Program-made: the position numbers and the translations under genes
The notes under the pieces: model-generated
The model's input: only the letters and a program-made list of their open reading frames with translations
Told to the model about the DNA's origin: nothing
Databases searched by the model: none
Shown here: piece by piece, positions 18,133 through 26,613 of the stretch
How the letters are laid out: each line of letters opens with the position of its first letter
How positions within the stretch are numbered: the stretch's first letter is position 1
IMG/VR virus record: IMGVR_UViG_3300022742_000101
Span: 1-36,330 of that record
Reading direction: 5' to 3' (one strand)
Length of the DNA stretch: 36,330 nt
Source: a virus
Lineage: Duplodnaviria; Caudoviricetes

Positions 18133-19673
18133 AGCCCCCTCAATACGTCGTAACGCCCAGCCAACGACGCCGCCATCAATCCATCCGCCATCGCATTTGC
18201 GAGCTGATCTGCGCTCATATCTGGGTAGATCTCGATCAGCCGGTCACGGAACTCTTCCAAGCTTGACGCCGAGTCCAGCAGCTCTTTGATCGACTCGATC
18301 ATGTCGTCCATACCCGCCGCAGCTGCTCCTTCCAGTGTCTTCACCTGGTTGTCCAGGATGTCCGGAACTGCTGCCGGCACCGGCTTTTGCTCGCGGTTGA
18401 GCGCAGTTGCGACGGCCGGTGCAGCGGGAGCCCCGAGAATTTCAGCATCGTCCGCAGGCTCGGGCAGGCCGAGCTTGTCGCGGACGACAGACTGTTCAAC
18501 CCGCAACCCAAACGGCACCAGTGCCGCCAGAGAATCAACCAGCAGCTTGAGGTCTTCCGGCTGCGGGACATGGATGATCAGGCGGGGGTAAGATCGGCCC
18601 GGCGGGAAATTCAAGTCACAGAAGGCACGGACAAACATGCGGTTCAGCGCGTTCGATTCAGCCTTGGCATCTGCCTGCAAAAGGTCCAGGCGCACTTCGT
18701 TGTGCACCTTGGCCTGTGCCATGCTGGAGCCATCGTCTGTGCTCATCGTCTGCCCAACGATGGCCTTCGACATCTGCTTGTCCCACCACTCCGCGAGTCC
18801 CCGGAAGAAGTCGCCGGCACCGGCTACGTTCGCGGCTTGAGTGAAGTCGATACGCATCGAGTCCGGAATAACCGCAGCAGCATCGCTTCCAAGGTTCGCC
18901 ACAGCAGACATCAAGATGCCGATGTCTTCTTTGCTCGCGTTCGGCCCGTAGCGTCCGACCCGCATCGGTATACCGTAGATGTCCGCGAAGCCCATCCAGT
19001 CTTTCCACGTCCACGCTTTGCACATGTAGCCGACCGCTGCAAGGCGGGCCAGGCCACCACGAATCGGCAATCCAGTACGAAGCCTGGGGCGGTGGACGAT
19101 GAACTTGTATGGGGCAAGCGGCAGGCCGTTGACCACATCTGCTTCATCGAGCAATCGCAGTTCCTGCCCTGTCTCGCGGTCGAACATGAAGAAGCGCTGG
19201 TCACGCCACTCGAAACGCTCTGGCACCCACGTCTTACCGCTGCGGTCCCAGATGATCTCCGCAACCGAATAGCCTTTGCCCAGTGCGTCAGTGAGGTCCG
19301 CTTGCATCTCGCCGAACTCGGGTGACTCGACAACCTCGCGCAGCGCATCGGCGCGCCGAACGTCCTCGGCGTCATCGGTCGCAGCCTCCACCCGAATGTT
19401 CAGACCACCGAGAGCGAGCTTGCGAGTTCCGAGAACTGATGCGTAGTGCAAGTCACGCTCTTCCATTTCTTCGGCAAGGGTCAAATAGTCGCGGGCGTCG
19501 CCTTCGGCAGCGGCTTGAAGTACCGCCGCAAGACGGCCAGGCGTCAGCCCGCCGGCCACCGACGGGTGCCAAACCTGGCGCACACCCGCAACCCTTGGAG
19601 CTGCGACTTCCTCAGTGAGCTGGTCGTATTCAATGGGCCGACCGTATTGGTCAACGATGGGTGAGCGGGCCAT
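18129..19673 (-). CDS. Portal protein, Mu gp29 (DUF935)
   Basis: LAEEMEERDLHY, YGIPMRVGRY, SKAIVGQT and AQAKVHNEVR. Confidence 0.95.
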   Translation of the reverse strand: MARSPIVDQYGRPIEYDQLTEEVAAPRVAGVRQVWHPSVAGGLTPGRLAAVLQAAAEGDARDYLTLAEEMEERDLHYASVLGTRKLALGGLNIRVEAATDDAEDVRRADALREVVESPEFGEMQADLTDALGKGYSVAEIIWDRSGKTWVPERFEWRDQRFFMFDRETGQELRLLDEADVVNGLPLAPYKFIVHRPRLRTGLPIRGGLARLAAVGYMCKAWTWKDWMGFADIYGIPMRVGRYGPNASKEDIGILMSAVANLGSDAAAVIPDSMRIDFTQAANVAGAGDFFRGLAEWWDKQMSKAIVGQTMSTDDGSSMAQAKVHNEVRLDLLQADAKAESNALNRMFVRAFCDLNFPPGRSYPRLIIHVPQPEDLKLLVDSLAALVPFGLRVEQSVVRDKLGLPEPADDAEILGAPAAPAVATALNREQKPVPAAVPDILDNQVKTLEGAAAAGMDDMIESIKELLDSASSLEEFRDRLIEIYPDMSADQLANAMADGLMAASLAGRYDVLRGL

Positions 19674-21214
19674 TAATAGATGCCTTTTGCTGATCGCCAG
19701 CCGGCGCCCATCTTGACCTGTCGGTCGTGCTGGACGTCTGGCTGGACGCGGTGATATTCGAAAATCTCGACGTCTTGGCGACTGGCGAAATCCGCCAGGG
19801 CGAGTGCGACACCGGCGTCACCGTGGCGCTTGTCGCCGCCTTTCTCGGATGTGCGCTTTTCTGGAATCCGAGCCACGCCTTTCACAACCCGGAAAGCGCG
19901 GATGTCGCCGGTCACGTCTTTGTCCGCCGGGATGTCGTAGAGGGTGTCGTCTTCCAGCGCGGCTTTGAGCGGCGGCATGTTGTCGCGATACCAACCCTCG
20001 GTGAGCATCACTTGCGCAATGCGGTTGAACCCGAACTCAACAGCGGCCGATTCGGCGATCTGCTGGCCGTTGCCCCGGGCGTCGTGTGCCCCCTTGAGGA
20101 AGTTCGGCAACCGCCGGACGATATAGAACAGAATGAACTCCTGCTGCTTGAACGGTACGTTGCGCAGCTCCAGCACGAAGGGCACTCGCTTGCGCAGGTT
20201 CTGCTCTTTCAGCAGAGGCCAGATCACAGACAGGTCGCCAGATCGCGCGAAGTCCATCCCGTAGAACGACTGCACGCCCATCGGCAGGCTTTCCAGCATC
20301 GGCAGCAACTCGCTGTCGCACCATTCCTTTGTCTCAGCAATACGCAGATGCTCAGCCGTGGTTTCATAGCCTTGGGGGTACTTGAGCCGAACGACCGGAA
20401 CGTCACGGCTTGTACGACTCTCGACCAGGGCAAGCGAGAAGTAGGCACCACCGCCTTGGCTCGGCACGCAGTCCAGTTCCTCGTTTGCGGCATCGCCGTA
20501 GAAGTCATAGACGTCCTGCACCCACGCATCACGCTCGGCATCGTCGAAGGGGATGCCCTTGCGCATGCACACGCGGTCGTAGAGCCCGTCCTCTACGGCC
20601 TCACGGAATGTGCAGCGGAACAACGCACCCTTGCGCTTGCCGGCGCGGATTTCTTCGATCAGCTCGTTGAACGGATTTTCAGTGCCGTCATGAGTACTGA
20701 TCACATGCACTTCACCGCCCCAAATCAGAAGCGCGAGTGCTGCCTTCAGTAGTTCGGCAAGATCCTGGTGGAACGCGGCTTCGTCGATGACAACGATGCC
20801 CTGACGACCACGGAGGTTACTCGGGCGGCTGGTCAGGGCAACGATGCGGTGCCCGCTGGGGAAGGTGATGGTGTAGGTCTTGATGTGCTTGTCCGGGTCT
20901 TCATCAGGCCAGATACCTTCCTCGATTTCGCCCGCAGCGTAGTTGAATGCGCGAGCCCACATCGCGCACGCTTGGATGTACTCGACCGTCATGTCCTGGT
21001 TGTAACCCAGGTAGTACACGGTTTGGCCGCCGGCCTTTTTCTCCGAAGCAGCGACAAGCACGTTGTCCGCTGCCTCAGCCCAGGTCAGGCCGATCCGCCG
21101 GGATTTCTCTCCGACCTTCAGCGGGGCCCGGATGCCAATCCAGTTTTTCTGGTAGCCAAGAAGAACGGACGGAACAGCCGCACCTGTATCGCTCATCATA
21201 AGGGGGCTGCTCAC
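19673..21214 (-). CDS. Terminase large subunit, Mu gp28-like
   Basis: KSRRIGLTW Walker A, VVIDEAAFH Walker B, GMDFARSGD nuclease motif and RHGDAG. GTG start at 21214 after GGAGG (21220 is an alternative). Confidence 0.93.
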   Translation of the reverse strand: MSSPLMMSDTGAAVPSVLLGYQKNWIGIRAPLKVGEKSRRIGLTWAEAADNVLVAASEKKAGGQTVYYLGYNQDMTVEYIQACAMWARAFNYAAGEIEEGIWPDEDPDKHIKTYTITFPSGHRIVALTSRPSNLRGRQGIVVIDEAAFHQDLAELLKAALALLIWGGEVHVISTHDGTENPFNELIEEIRAGKRKGALFRCTFREAVEDGLYDRVCMRKGIPFDDAERDAWVQDVYDFYGDAANEELDCVPSQGGGAYFSLALVESRTSRDVPVVRLKYPQGYETTAEHLRIAETKEWCDSELLPMLESLPMGVQSFYGMDFARSGDLSVIWPLLKEQNLRKRVPFVLELRNVPFKQQEFILFYIVRRLPNFLKGAHDARGNGQQIAESAAVEFGFNRIAQVMLTEGWYRDNMPPLKAALEDDTLYDIPADKDVTGDIRAFRVVKGVARIPEKRTSEKGGDKRHGDAGVALALADFASRQDVEIFEYHRVQPDVQHDRQVKMGAGWRSAKGIY

Positions 21215-21270
21215 GCGCACCTCCAGCCTGATAGGCTATTGCCACTATCAATGGAATGCGGAGGTGTTAA

Positions 21271-21726
21271 ATGCTTGACTGGATTGCTGGTGCGGTGCAA
21301 AGCGCAAAGACGATGAAGGACATTAGCCAGTCGCTGCTTACCCTTCGCGATGAAAATCTTATCCGGGAGCGCGTCTATGATCTGAACAACAACCTGATGG
21401 AGCTTCAGCAAAAGCTGCTTGAAGCCCAACTCAGTCAGATAGAGCTGGTCAGTCGCATACAAGCGCTTGAAAGTGAAAGGGACCGAGCCAATCAGGCCAC
21501 TGATGTTAAAGCGCAATACACCATTTATACCTTCCCCACATCGGCTCATGCATACGTTTTGAACACTGAGGACCCTGAGAAAGCCACGCGCTATTTTTGC
21601 AGCAACTGCCTGGAAACAGGGTCTGTGGCTGTCACTCTCCAAGGATCCAAGGTGCTGGGCTGCCCCAAGTGCAAGACCGAGATTCGCTCCGTACCTGCTC
21701 AGAGTCGCTATACGGTTCGCCGATAG
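21271..21726 (+). CDS. Opposite-strand moron: coiled coil plus C4 zinc ribbon, unknown function
   Basis: GGAGG SD; lower GC than the flanks; CSNC...CPKC. Confidence 0.85.
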   Translation: MLDWIAGAVQSAKTMKDISQSLLTLRDENLIRERVYDLNNNLMELQQKLLEAQLSQIELVSRIQALESERDRANQATDVKAQYTIYTFPTSAHAYVLNTEDPEKATRYFCSNCLETGSVAVTLQGSKVLGCPKCKTEIRSVPAQSRYTVRR

Positions 21727-21728
21727 CT

Positions 21729-22247
21729 TCACGATGCGACCCCCAAAATCTCTCGACGGATCTCGGCCACGGTCTCGGCATTAAGTCCGCCTTTCTTTGC
21801 GATCTTCTCGATTTGATTTGCGGCAGCTTCCGCCTTGGTTCGGACTTCGGCCTTCCATTTCGCCTGGACGACAGATGCTCGACCCAACTCGGCGACGGCC
21901 TTGGCGACTTTCGGCAGATCCATCTTCTGATCGTCGCCTGTCGCCATGAGCAGTTTGAAAAGATGCTCTTGGACGAGCCGCATCAGCGCCTCATTGACCG
22001 CGCCCTCATCGTCGGGCGCAGCCTGGACGACGGCCTTGGCTTGCTCGCTGGACATCTTGAGCGCTGCCAGTTTTTCTTCGAACTCGCTGCCGTAGCGATG
22101 GAGCGCACTCTTGCCGATTGAGTAGCCGCGCGACTCCAGCTCGGCGGACAGCGCCTCGTAGCCGGCGAAGTTGGATTCGACTAGGGCCTGATCAAGCCAG
22201 GCCTTCACATCCTTCGGAAGGCCGGCGACTTTGCTACGCGGCGGCAT
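21729..22247 (-). CDS. Terminase small subunit, Mu gp27-like (DUF3486)
   Basis: MPPRSKVAGLP and SIGKSALHRYG; ends EIRREILG. Confidence 0.88.
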   Translation of the reverse strand: MPPRSKVAGLPKDVKAWLDQALVESNFAGYEALSAELESRGYSIGKSALHRYGSEFEEKLAALKMSSEQAKAVVQAAPDDEGAVNEALMRLVQEHLFKLLMATGDDQKMDLPKVAKAVAELGRASVVQAKWKAEVRTKAEAAANQIEKIAKKGGLNAETVAEIRREILGVAS

Positions 22248-22555
22248 TACCAGTACTTCTCGGGACGGGCGATGCCTGGACGGCATTCCACGGTGTATTC
22301 CGCGATGTCCACGCCCAGCGACGTGAGCCCCACAACCCACGGGCCCGATGGCGATTTCTCGACGGTGGCCAGCGAACGGTCAGCCAGGTAGTCCAGTTCT
22401 CGACGCAGCTCATGGGCAGTCGCGTCTGGGTAGATGCCTTGAACAGTAGCGAGCACTACAGCTTCGTGTGGGTCGACCGGGCGGCTGGTGTTCAGGGTCA
22501 TCAGGATGTACCAGCGCAGCGATTCGCGCCGGACCTTTGCAGGATCGATGTTCAT
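22247..22555 (-). CDS. Mu gp26-like winged-helix protein
   Basis: RRESLRWYIL, ELRRELDYL, G.DIAEY..PGIARP; start MNIDP. Confidence 0.85.
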   Translation of the reverse strand: MNIDPAKVRRESLRWYILMTLNTSRPVDPHEAVVLATVQGIYPDATAHELRRELDYLADRSLATVEKSPSGPWVVGLTSLGVDIAEYTVECRPGIARPEKYW

Positions 22556-22884
22556 TGGCGGGCTCCTTTGAGCTGGACGTTTTCGAGTTTCAGAGCCAAG
22601 GCGTCGAGCTTGGCTTCGATGATCGTTTGGTTGCGCACGAAGTCTTCTCGGCGCACGTAGTGAAGCGGCATCTCGCCGCGAAGCCGTTCCAAACCGAGTT
22701 CGACTTGGCGTAGCCGATCCGAGTCTTTCGCAAGCTCTTCGAATCGGCTGTCCATGGTTTCGAAACGCTGGTCGAGGCGGCGCTCGATGGCGGCAACAAC
22801 GAGTTTCAGCACACCGAGAAAGCCACCGAGCAGGGTGATTCCCGTACCGATCAACTGCCAGAGCGGCAGCTCGATAGTGGTCAT
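22552..22884 (-). CDS. Mu gp25-like membrane-anchored coiled-coil protein
   Basis: N-terminal TM, coiled coil, PLHYVRREDF. Confidence 0.75.
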   Translation of the reverse strand: MTTIELPLWQLIGTGITLLGGFLGVLKLVVAAIERRLDQRFETMDSRFEELAKDSDRLRQVELGLERLRGEMPLHYVRREDFVRNQTIIEAKLDALALKLENVQLKGARQ

Positions 22885-23096
22885 CGTCCGCCCATCCGTT
22901 CGATGTGCTGCTTGCAGGGCACGCAGAGCACCACCCCGGGGACGGCCACACGGCGCGCTTCAGGGATTGCCTCGCCGCAGTGTTCGCAATGCGTTGCCGA
23001 TACACCAGAGCCGCAAGGCTGTACGGCTAGTTGCGCGGCAATCGCGTGCTCACGAAACATTTCCTCCACCTCGGAGGCCATGTCATTTACTTCCAT
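22881..23096 (-). CDS. TraR/DksA C4 zinc-finger protein
   Basis: CEHCGEAIPEARRVAVPGVVLCVPC. Confidence 0.92.
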   Translation of the reverse strand: MEVNDMASEVEEMFREHAIAAQLAVQPCGSGVSATHCEHCGEAIPEARRVAVPGVVLCVPCKQHIERMGGR

Positions 23097-23721
23097 TGTT
23101 CGAATTCCATTTGATCAGGTCGTTGAGCTGCGCGCGGCACACCGCCCAGCGCTCGCCATTGCGGGTGTGGTTCGTGAGCAGGTCAGCACGGGTGATGCTG
23201 ACTATCAGATCATCAGCGGCTCCGGCTCCTGCGCTGGTCGCATCAGCTCGGCCGGTGGCTGGGCTGGGGGAAGGCACTGCGACTGCGGAGGTGGTGCCAA
23301 AGAGGGCGCTGTTCCACACGCGGACAAAGCCAGCAGTGAAGTCAGCAGGAGGCAGCGGTTCCAGTTGCGCGTCGAGCGCGCGGCGATAGAGGGTCGTAAC
23401 ACGTTGAACTTCTCCGGTGAGCTTGTCGGTGACAGCGCGCAGCTCGTCCTTCTTGGCACCGAGTTCCGCAGCCAGTTGAATGCCGCGCGCTTGCTCGGCG
23501 CGGAGCTTGTCTGCCTCGGCTTTGATGCCGATGGCGGCAGACTCTGCGAGGTAGCGCATTTCTGACTCATGCTCTAAGGCGAGTTGAGCCAATGCCCTGT
23601 CGCCGTCAGCTTTCGCGGCGGTGAAACCGGCGTCGTAGCCAGCCCGAAGGTTGAAGACGATGCCGGCGACAACCAATGCGACGGCGAGCAGAAACCAGAG
23701 AATTGGCTTCAAAGGATTCAT
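23083..23721 (-). CDS. i-spanin (Rz-like)
   Basis: N-terminal TM and periplasmic coiled coil; ATGA-coupled to the endolysin; hosts an embedded lipoprotein ORF. Confidence 0.8.
   Translation of the reverse strand: MNPLKPILWFLLAVALVVAGIVFNLRAGYDAGFTAAKADGDRALAQLALEHESEMRYLAESAAIGIKAEADKLRAEQARGIQLAAELGAKKDELRAVTDKLTGEVQRVTTLYRRALDAQLEPLPPADFTAGFVRVWNSALFGTTSAVAVPSPSPATGRADATSAGAGAADDLIVSITRADLLTNHTRNGERWAVCRAQLNDLIKWNSNNGSK
23205..23402 (-). CDS. Embedded o-spanin lipoprotein (Rz1-like)
   Basis: GGAG SD, 9 nt, GTG at 23402 in the +1 frame. Lipobox LLLTSLLALSAC and Pro-rich PPAELMRP tail. Confidence 0.75.
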   Translation of the reverse strand: MLRPSIAARSTRNWNRCLLLTSLLALSACGTAPSLAPPPQSQCLPPAQPPAELMRPAQEPEPLMI

Positions 23722-24365
23722 GAGCACACCCCCGTGCCCCAGCCGGCGGCGATGTAGTCAGCTTCCCAGCGCCGCAGGATCAGCCGTGGATAGCCCCGGT
23801 TCTCGCTGAAGGCGGCAGCCGAGCGGCCCGCGTTGAACCGCTCGACAGATCCGAACCAAACCAGCTGATCGGCGCCCTTCGCCGAGGCAAGCTTGCGGTC
23901 ACGGATCAGCCAGCCAAGGCCACCGTTGTATGAGGACAAGACCATTGCGGCCTGCTCGCAGGCACTGCGAGCCTTGATGCGATCAGCCAGCCAACGGTCG
24001 TAGCTGACAAGGGCCATCAGGGACCACGCCGGGTTGTACGGCTCGACCTTGCCCAGCGTCTTGGGAAACAACTGGGCGAGCCAGGTCGCGGTCGAGGGCA
24101 TCACCTGGCCCAAGCCTTGCGCGCCTACTGGTGATCTCGCGTTGAACTTCCAGCGCGATTCCTGGTGAACTTGCGCCGCGAATGTAGCGACTGGCGCGTC
24201 CAGGCCCCATTCGGCATGTGCGATGCGGGTCAGCTCGCGACGGTACTGCTCGGCGTCAGCCGGGACCGCAGCCTGCGCCCGCCTTGAGCTGGAGAAAGTC
24301 GCAAGCAGGATTACGGCGATCAGAAATAGAACAGACGCAATGACACGGTTGCGCTTCAGCTTCAT
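23718..24365 (-). CDS. Endolysin, SLT lytic transglycosylase with N-terminal signal/TM
   Basis: QES, GAQGLGQVMPST, SYNGG and ENRGYP motifs. Confidence 0.92.
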   Translation of the reverse strand: MKLKRNRVIASVLFLIAVILLATFSSSRRAQAAVPADAEQYRRELTRIAHAEWGLDAPVATFAAQVHQESRWKFNARSPVGAQGLGQVMPSTATWLAQLFPKTLGKVEPYNPAWSLMALVSYDRWLADRIKARSACEQAAMVLSSYNGGLGWLIRDRKLASAKGADQLVWFGSVERFNAGRSAAAFSENRGYPRLILRRWEADYIAAGWGTGVCS

Positions 24366-24366
24366 G

Positions 24367-24669
24367 TCAGAGCCCCAGCGTCAGGCCGAGCACGCAGGCC
24401 AGGACGATGACCGCCCGGCGCAGGCCAGCCCATGGTTGGTGGGCCGCTCGGACCTGGTCCGGTCGGGCGTAGGGGAACAGAGCGCGGTCGATCCAGTAAC
24501 CGAGCACAGCGGCGCCCGTGACCAGTGCAGTTTTGTACAGCACGACAGCAATCTTGGTCGGGGCGATCAGGTAGAGCGCGATCAGCAGCAGGATGGTGAT
24601 CAGGGCCCAGAATGTCAGGCGCGGTGCGCGCGGCCGGCGACGGGGCAATCTTGGTCGGGGGGTGTTCAT
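24367..24669 (-). CDS. Putative holin (2-3 TM)
   Basis: Start MNTPRP after AAGGAAG; LGYWIDRALFPYARP motif; three hydrophobic segments. Confidence 0.85.
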   Translation of the reverse strand: MNTPRPRLPRRRPRAPRLTFWALITILLLIALYLIAPTKIAVVLYKTALVTGAAVLGYWIDRALFPYARPDQVRAAHQPWAGLRRAVIVLACVLGLTLGL

Positions 24670-24957
24670 TGACGAGCTTCCTTGGATGGGTTCAGGGTTG
24701 CGCGAATGTCGGCGAGAGAGCGGGCGGCAACTGCGGGATTGCCCCGCACATTGACCGGGGCGCTCTTGCCTGGAGGGGTGGGTTGATCGAGAGGAAAAGT
24801 CGCGCGCTACTTGGCGCTGATGCACGGCGAGCCGCGAAATGACGTATGTGCGCCATTCCTTCGGGCAGTCGTCGATCAGTTGTTTACGAGCCACAGCGCA
24901 ACGCTCGTCAATGACGCGCTGTGCGTATTCAGCGGAGTGCGGTTCGTGTTCAAACAT
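24666..24957 (-). pseudogene. First late gene, apparently frameshifted (reads into holin in frame 0)
   Basis: The +1 frame from ~24805 encodes TFPLDQPT..PAVAARSLADIRATLNPSKEARQ*, ending in an ATGA overlap with the holin start. Confidence 0.45.
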
Positions 24958-24987
24958 GGTCGAATCTGCCGAGGGTTGGACCTGGCT

Positions 24988-25035
24988 AGATTCGCTCGCT
25001 ATCGAGCGCTACTGAGTTTCTTGCAGACGCAAGAA
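24988..25035 (-). promoter_or_regulatory. Putative late promoter P-lys
   Basis: Perfect dyad TTCTTGC-GTCT-GCAAGAA, 24 nt, GAATCT. Confidence 0.7.
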
Positions 25036-25057
25036 AAACCCCGCTCAGGGCGGGGTC
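25031..25057 (-). terminator. Intrinsic terminator after Mor/C gene
   Basis: CCCCGC-CCTGA-GCGGGG-TTTTTCTT. Confidence 0.8.
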
Positions 25058-25065
25058 GGTGGGGG

Positions 25066-25518
25066 CTAATGCAGCCGTGGGGGCTGTTCGTCAAACCCGA
25101 ACAGGTCCGGCTCTGCCCGGCGGTGCAGCTCGCGCTGGCGGGCAATGATGTCATAAACCGTTTGGCTGACAAGGCCGAACTTGCGAGCCAGCTCGTCGGG
25201 GCGCGTGTTGCTCTCGCGCCAGTCCCGAAAGATTTCGGCATCACGCAGAGCCCTCTTCAGCGGGGCACCGCGAGGAACGTAAAATACGGCACCGCCCATG
25301 GTGTCGCAGATCGCGAATACGACCGCGCGAGCAAGGATCGGCACTTGGTCCGCGCGATCCGGCAGCAACTCGCGCAACTTGATTTCAGCGAGCGTAGACA
25401 TCTCGGTCAATGTACCTTCCCAGCGCTTGAGCACAACCGGGTCATTCATGTGCTCAAGCACCTTGGCGGGGTCGAGCTTGTCTACCTCCCCGCTGTCAAA
25501 CAGCTCTCCGTTACTCAT
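25066..25518 (-). CDS. Mor/C family transcription activator
   Basis: GGAVFYVPRG..RDAEIF..ELARKFGL..TVYDII; GGAGG SD before MSNGEL. Confidence 0.92.
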   Translation of the reverse strand: MSNGELFDSGEVDKLDPAKVLEHMNDPVVLKRWEGTLTEMSTLAEIKLRELLPDRADQVPILARAVVFAICDTMGGAVFYVPRGAPLKRALRDAEIFRDWRESNTRPDELARKFGLVSQTVYDIIARQRELHRRAEPDLFGFDEQPPRLH

Positions 25519-25915
25519 GTTGCCTCCCATGTCGTTTTGCGTCTTTAGCCAGAGCAGTGACGACGCCGCGCAACTGCTCGGGGTTCAGCCACTCCACTTT
25601 TTCCACCTTGTACAGCCGCTTGGCGATGCCGTCCCCGTACTCCCATTGCCGGCCTGCTGACGCGAGCTGCGCTTCGATCTTTCCGACTAGCTTCGCGCGA
25701 TCTGCGGCGGGCTTCGGCTTTGCTCGTCCGCGCTTCGGCTTGAAGCCCAGGCGCTCCAGCTCTTGCAGTACTTTCGCGACCTCAAGCGGGGTCAGATCCT
25801 TTGAGGACGACTTGCCAACAACCCGGACCAACATCGCGCGGTATGTGTCGTCGTCCAGACCGAGGTCTTTCTTGGCGATGTGGATCTTGCTCAGTTGCTT
25901 GTTGCGGCTGCTCAT
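25511..25915 (-). CDS. gemA: GemA/gp16 family protein (DUF1018)
   Basis: KIHIAKKDLGLDDDTYRAML..GKSSSKDL. Confidence 0.9.
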   Translation of the reverse strand: MSSRNKQLSKIHIAKKDLGLDDDTYRAMLVRVVGKSSSKDLTPLEVAKVLQELERLGFKPKRGRAKPKPAADRAKLVGKIEAQLASAGRQWEYGDGIAKRLYKVEKVEWLNPEQLRGVVTALAKDAKRHGRQHE

Positions 25916-26592
25916 GACGCCTCCAGTGCCGGCGTCGGTGAGCCGGTCATGCCGTGGTTGAGGCGGACGTCCGACGCAGCCAAGCGTCCACGCATCGAGT
26001 CGCTGAGGGCTCGCAGACCAAAGCGCTGACGTGTTGTTTTATTCCGGTCACGCGCGGGCTCGCTCACAAGGTCGGGGTAGTGGTGCGAGAGATACAGCTC
26101 AACTGCCGGCGAAAGCTTAGCGTTTGCGAACTTCATCACCTGGTTGTACACGGCAAGAACCCAGCCTTCGCAGAACACGTCGGCCCGCTTGATTTTCGTT
26201 GCTTGCTTGCAGCGCTTCAGCGTGTTCAAGGTGAAGTCGCGTCGCGCTTGGCGCACCTGGCGCAGCAGCACCGTCATGGTGTAGCTCGCAATCTCTGCAA
26301 CCTCACCGACGAATTTCCAGCGACCGAGGCCCGCAGCAAAGATCACTTTGCACGCATAAGCCTTCGACACGGTGTTCGCCAACTGGCTCTCCCACTTCGC
26401 GGGCGTCACCTTGGAGCCAGCGACGGCAGTGCTTTCTTCAATGCCAGACATCTCGACGTCCGCTTGGCCGACGCCGTGCTCTTTCATCAAGGCCTGAGCC
26501 TGGCGCATCGCAGCCGCAGCTTCGTGCGGATTTGCGCTGGTAGCCAGCCGCAGGCATTTCTTGATCTTGTCCAGGGCCTTCTTACGGTCCAT
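25912..26592 (-). CDS. DUF2786-domain protein
   Basis: LDKIKKCLRLATSANPHEAAAAMRQAQALM. Confidence 0.85.
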   Translation of the reverse strand: MDRKKALDKIKKCLRLATSANPHEAAAAMRQAQALMKEHGVGQADVEMSGIEESTAVAGSKVTPAKWESQLANTVSKAYACKVIFAAGLGRWKFVGEVAEIASYTMTVLLRQVRQARRDFTLNTLKRCKQATKIKRADVFCEGWVLAVYNQVMKFANAKLSPAVELYLSHHYPDLVSEPARDRNKTTRQRFGLRALSDSMRGRLAASDVRLNHGMTGSPTPALEAS

Positions 26593-26613
26593 GATTTTCC
26601 CTATCCGTGCTGC

